From assembly GCF_009914755.1 (NCBI RefSeq), contig NC_060928.1: DNA of 64,000 nucleotides; one strand, written 5' to 3'. Shown in pieces: positions 60,765 through 64,000 of this stretch. Origin of the DNA: the human T2T-CHM13v2.0 reference genome, Homo sapiens. Below the pieces are notes generated by a model. It was not told the DNA's origin and searched no databases. It was given only the letters and a program-made list of their open reading frames with translations. Within the stretch, counting starts at the first letter, position 1; each line of letters opens with the position of its first letter. The translations under genes were made by a program, and so were the position numbers.

Positions 60765-60900
60765 AGATCTATTATCTCATTTGAGTCTCATGACAACCTG
60801 AGAGGTGGGCATTATATTATCTATTTGGCAATTGAGAAAATAGAGGCTTATAGAGGCTATGAAACTAGGCTAATGTCATAAGTGCTGGAACTAGTCTTTG
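60765..60900 (-). mobile_element. MIR fragment
   Basis: attatctcatttgagtctcatgacaacctgagaggtgggcattat...gagaaaatagaggcttatagagg. Confidence 0.7.
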
Positions 60901-61102
60901 GTCTTATAGCAATAAGATTCTAAAGCTATACAGTTAGGTTATTGCTGGATTTGTCTCTCCTACTTTTGGTATAGATCCTACTTGCTCTGTCTGGGCCATC
61001 TCTACTTTTTGATCTATTGCTGTTTTCCTCATTTTTGTCTCTTTTCATTCCCTGGAGATTGATGCTTTAGATATGCTACTGGTTTGATAACAGCTTTGCT
61101 TC

Positions 61103-61608
61103 AGTAGTGGATTAAAATTGGCCACAGATGCTTTGCTGCTTCTCTCATCAAGAAGTGGGATCTATTTTTCCTCCTCTTGAACCCAGGAGATAAACTTGTG
61201 ACTTGCTTTGACTAATAGAATGTGGTATAAGTAATACTATATCAGTTATGGGCTTTAAGAGGCCTGGCAGCCATCACTTTCACTCTCTTGGACCCCTAGG
61301 CCATCATGCAATGTGGTTGGCTACCCTATTAGAGATGCTGCAAGGAGAATGAGAGAGATGCCTGGTTAGCTAGCAGTTCTTCCACCTAGCTCAGCTGAAT
61401 CACCAGGTGTGTGAGTGGGGTAATTTTGGATTTCAGCCCCAAATGAGTGTGCAGAAAACTGCTTCTGCATGAATGGCCTATGTGAGATCAGCAGAAAAGC
61501 CAGCTAGCTGAGCCTTGCTCAAATTGTAAAATCATAAGCAGATACACAGTCATGTTAAGCCATTAAATTTGGGAGTGTTTTGTTTTGTAGAAATAGATAT
61601 CTGAAATA
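61103..61608 (+). mobile_element. MLT1 (MLT1H-like) ERVL-MaLR solo LTR
   Basis: aaattggccaca...cttgtgacttgctttgactaatagaatgtgg...ttaagaggcctggcagc...ttaagccattaaatttgggagtgttttg...aatagatatctgaaata. Confidence 0.8.
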
Positions 61609-61989
61609 CCCAGTGACTTACACATTTACTTCATCTCCATATACTGAAGACCGAGTGTTAGTTTCTATCATACCTATGCCCGTCCCAAGATACTGGGCCC
61701 TCAGGCAAGGTGAGGTTCTAGTTCCTCTAGGAAAGGCAAAGAAATTTAAGGGATATGGGGTGTTAAAATTAGACAAGTGAAGATGCAGTTGGTATAAGAA
61801 AATTCATATCAACTATCAGAAGGCTGCTTTTGCAAGAGGAATATAGTTGGTTTTGAGAATTCAAGGAATGGGAAGATAAAACATGTTGAGAATCCACATA
61901 TGAATAAATATATTTAACTTCAGTGTGATGAAGCTTTCTTTACAGGTGCTTCACAAAGGGGCTTTGGCTTTCCACCTTGTTGAGATATG

Positions 61990-62455
61990 TGACTGTTGTG
62001 GAGGTGTGCTTCTTGGTCTTCCTTCAAGAAAGAGCTTGTTCTTCAGCTATGAGGAATACAGATAGATGACAGGTCTTGGCTCCCAAACCTTTAGAATCCT
62101 CTGCAGGATTCAAGCTAAGGTCATACTTTTCCAGATCATCTCCCAGCCAATGACTGAGCATGATGGGGTACTAGGGACCTGACCATTTCTTCCAATGTAG
62201 GATTCACTTGACCAGTTGTCTTTTTGGCAGAGTGCCACATGGGTTAGTCAAGACAGTGTGGAATTTTTATTGCATTCCCTGCATTGTTCTCCATGTCCAA
62301 TTCTTCTTACCCTCTTTTTTCCCCCCACAAATGTCAGATCTGCCTTGTGGTCTGAAGGCTTTCTCTGCATAACCCTTTTTCATTCCCCTTTACCTTTCCT
62401 GGTGTTACTCCCAGCAATCTCGTACTTCTAACTCTGGCTCAGCATCTGCTTCTGA
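61990..62455 (+). mobile_element. LTR16-like ERVL LTR
   Basis: ctaaggtcatactttt...cccagccaatgactgagc...aatctcgtacttctaactctggctcagcatctgcttc; tentative family. Confidence 0.6.
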
Positions 62456-63269
62456 GCAAGGTACAGTTGAGAGAACTAAAATGGCAAATCTATCAGATTA
62501 ATATGATCTGTAGTTTGTTTGCTTTTAGGTAGAGTTGGATAATCATTTTACAACAATTCTAAGAAAACTTAGTGTGTTTTACTGCATGAGATGCCTTTTG
62601 AAGTAGAGAAGACATCTGTCTAAATCACCAACTTTATACTTTGGGAAATCTGTGTTTTTTGCCGAATTGCAAAATTGCATTCGTCTTATAGTCCTTAAAA
62701 TTTATTTTACTTCCTAATATTTGTAACTACACAGAGTCATTTGAATCTGCTAAACATAGCACAAAAGGTGGATATACATCAGTATTTAGTAAAAGACATC
62801 TATTTAAATTAAGCACCTTGCAACATGTATTCAGCTATGAGGAATTTTCCGAGCAAGTAGCATTAACATTGAAAATTATTATAGAGCTTATGGGGGGAGG
62901 AGCCAAGATGGCCGAATAGGAACAGCTCTGGTCTACAGCTCCCAGCGTGAGCGACGCAGAAGATGGGTGATTTCTGCATTTTCGTCTGAGGTACTGGGTT
63001 CATCTTACTAGGGAGTGCCAGACAGTGGGCGCAAGTCAATGGGTGCACGCACCATGCACGAGCCGAAGCAGGGCGAGGCATTGCCTCACTCGGGAAGCGC
63101 AAAGAGTCAGGGAGTTCCCTTTCCTAGTCAAAGAAAGGGGTGACAGATGGCACCTGGAAAATCGGGTCACTTCCACCCGAATACAGCGCTTTTCCGACAG
63201 GCTTAAAAAACGCCGCACCAGGAGATTATATCCCGCACCTGGCTCGGAGGGTCCTACGCCCATGGAGTC

Positions 63270-63344
63270 TCACTGATTGCTAGCACAGCAGTCTGAGATC
63301 AAACTGCAAGGTGGCAGCGAGGCTTGGGGAGGGGCGCCCGCCAT
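63270..63344 (-). pseudogene. L1 ORF0 (antisense 5'UTR ORF), truncated by a stop at codon 25
   Basis: MAGAPPQASLPPCSLISDCCASNQ*; the rest (GVGPSEPG...VRRFLS) continues in frame downstream. Confidence 0.85.
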
Positions 63345-63798
63345 TGCCCAGGCTTGCTTAGGTAAACAGAGCAGCCGGGAAGCTCCAACTGGGTGGAGCC
63401 CACCACAGCTCAAGGAGGCCTGCCTGCCTCTGGAGGCTCCACCTCTGGGGGCAGGGCACACAACAAACAAAAAGACCGCAGTAACCTCTGCAGACTTAAA
63501 TGTCCCTGTCTGACAGCTTTGAAGAGAGCAGTGTTTCTCCCAGCACGCAGCTGGAGATCTGAGAACGGGCAGACTGCCTCCTCAAGTGGGTCCCTGACCC
63601 CTGACCCCCGAGCAGCCTAACTGGGAGGCACCCCCCAGCAGGGGCAGACTGACACCTCACAGGGCTGGGTACTCCAACAGACCTGCAGCTGAGGGTCCTG
63701 TCAGATAGAAGGAAAACTAAAACAGAAAGGACATCCACACCAAAAACCCATCTGTATATCACCATCATCAAAGACCAAAAGTAGATAAAACCACAAAG

Positions 63799-64000
63799 AT
63801 GGGGAAAAAACAGAGCAGAAAAACTGGAAACTCTAAAAAGCAGAGCGCCTCTCCTCCTCCAAAGGAACATAATTCATCACCAGCAACGGAACAAAGCTGG
63901 ACGGAGAATGACTTTGACGAGCTGAGAGAAGAAGGCTTCAGATGATCAAATTACTCCGAGCTACAGGAGGAAATTCAAACCAAAGGCAAAGAAGTTGAAA
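63799..64000 (+). pseudogene. L1 ORF1p N-terminus with premature stop (TGA at 63943-63945, codon 49)
   Basis: MGKKQSRKTGNSKKQSASPPPKEHNSSPATEQSWTENDFDELREEGFR*SNYSELQEEIQ; consensus has CGA (Arg) here. Confidence 0.9.

Larger units (their letters stand above)
62892..64000 (+). mobile_element. 5' end of a young LINE-1 with intact 5'UTR (L1PA3/L1PA2-like), continues beyond window
   Basis: ggggggaggagccaagatggccgaatagg start (YY1 site), ~907-nt CpG-containing 5'UTR, ORF1 start MGKKQSRKTGNSKKQSASPPPKE at 63799. Confidence 0.97.

Overview
AT-rich primate (probably hominoid) nuclear DNA with no recognisable intact protein-coding gene. The ORF-track entries are LINE-1/Alu/L2/LTR fragments or chance ORFs. 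A large part of the window is interspersed repeats: a 5'-truncated L1PA4-like element (-), a near full-length L1PA7-like element with an internal ORF1 deletion (-), the 5' end of a young L1PA3/PA2-like element (+) running off the right edge, two twin-primed (5'-inverted) old L1s, seven Alus and one FLAM monomer, solo LTRs (THE1, MER21-like, MLT1, LTR16/33-like), Tigger/Charlie/Tc2 MITEs, MIR and L2. Repeat family names come from recalled consensus sequences, not from a database search. Most Alus and the two longest L1s lie on the - strand, compatible with (not proof of) a large intron of a + strand gene. The most interesting non-repeat signals are a candidate regulated cassette/terminal exon at ~22.1 kb (120-nt AG-free polypyrimidine tract, AATAAA, downstream TAAT cluster), a 130-bp ~95% identical dispersed duplication next to a fold-back/tandem repair-like scar (23.8-25.5 kb), a correctly spaced GC-box/TATA/Inr core promoter candidate (26.55 kb), and a possible L1 antisense-promoter splice junction (44.07-44.37 kb). 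I cannot support a claim of a new biological system from this sequence alone.
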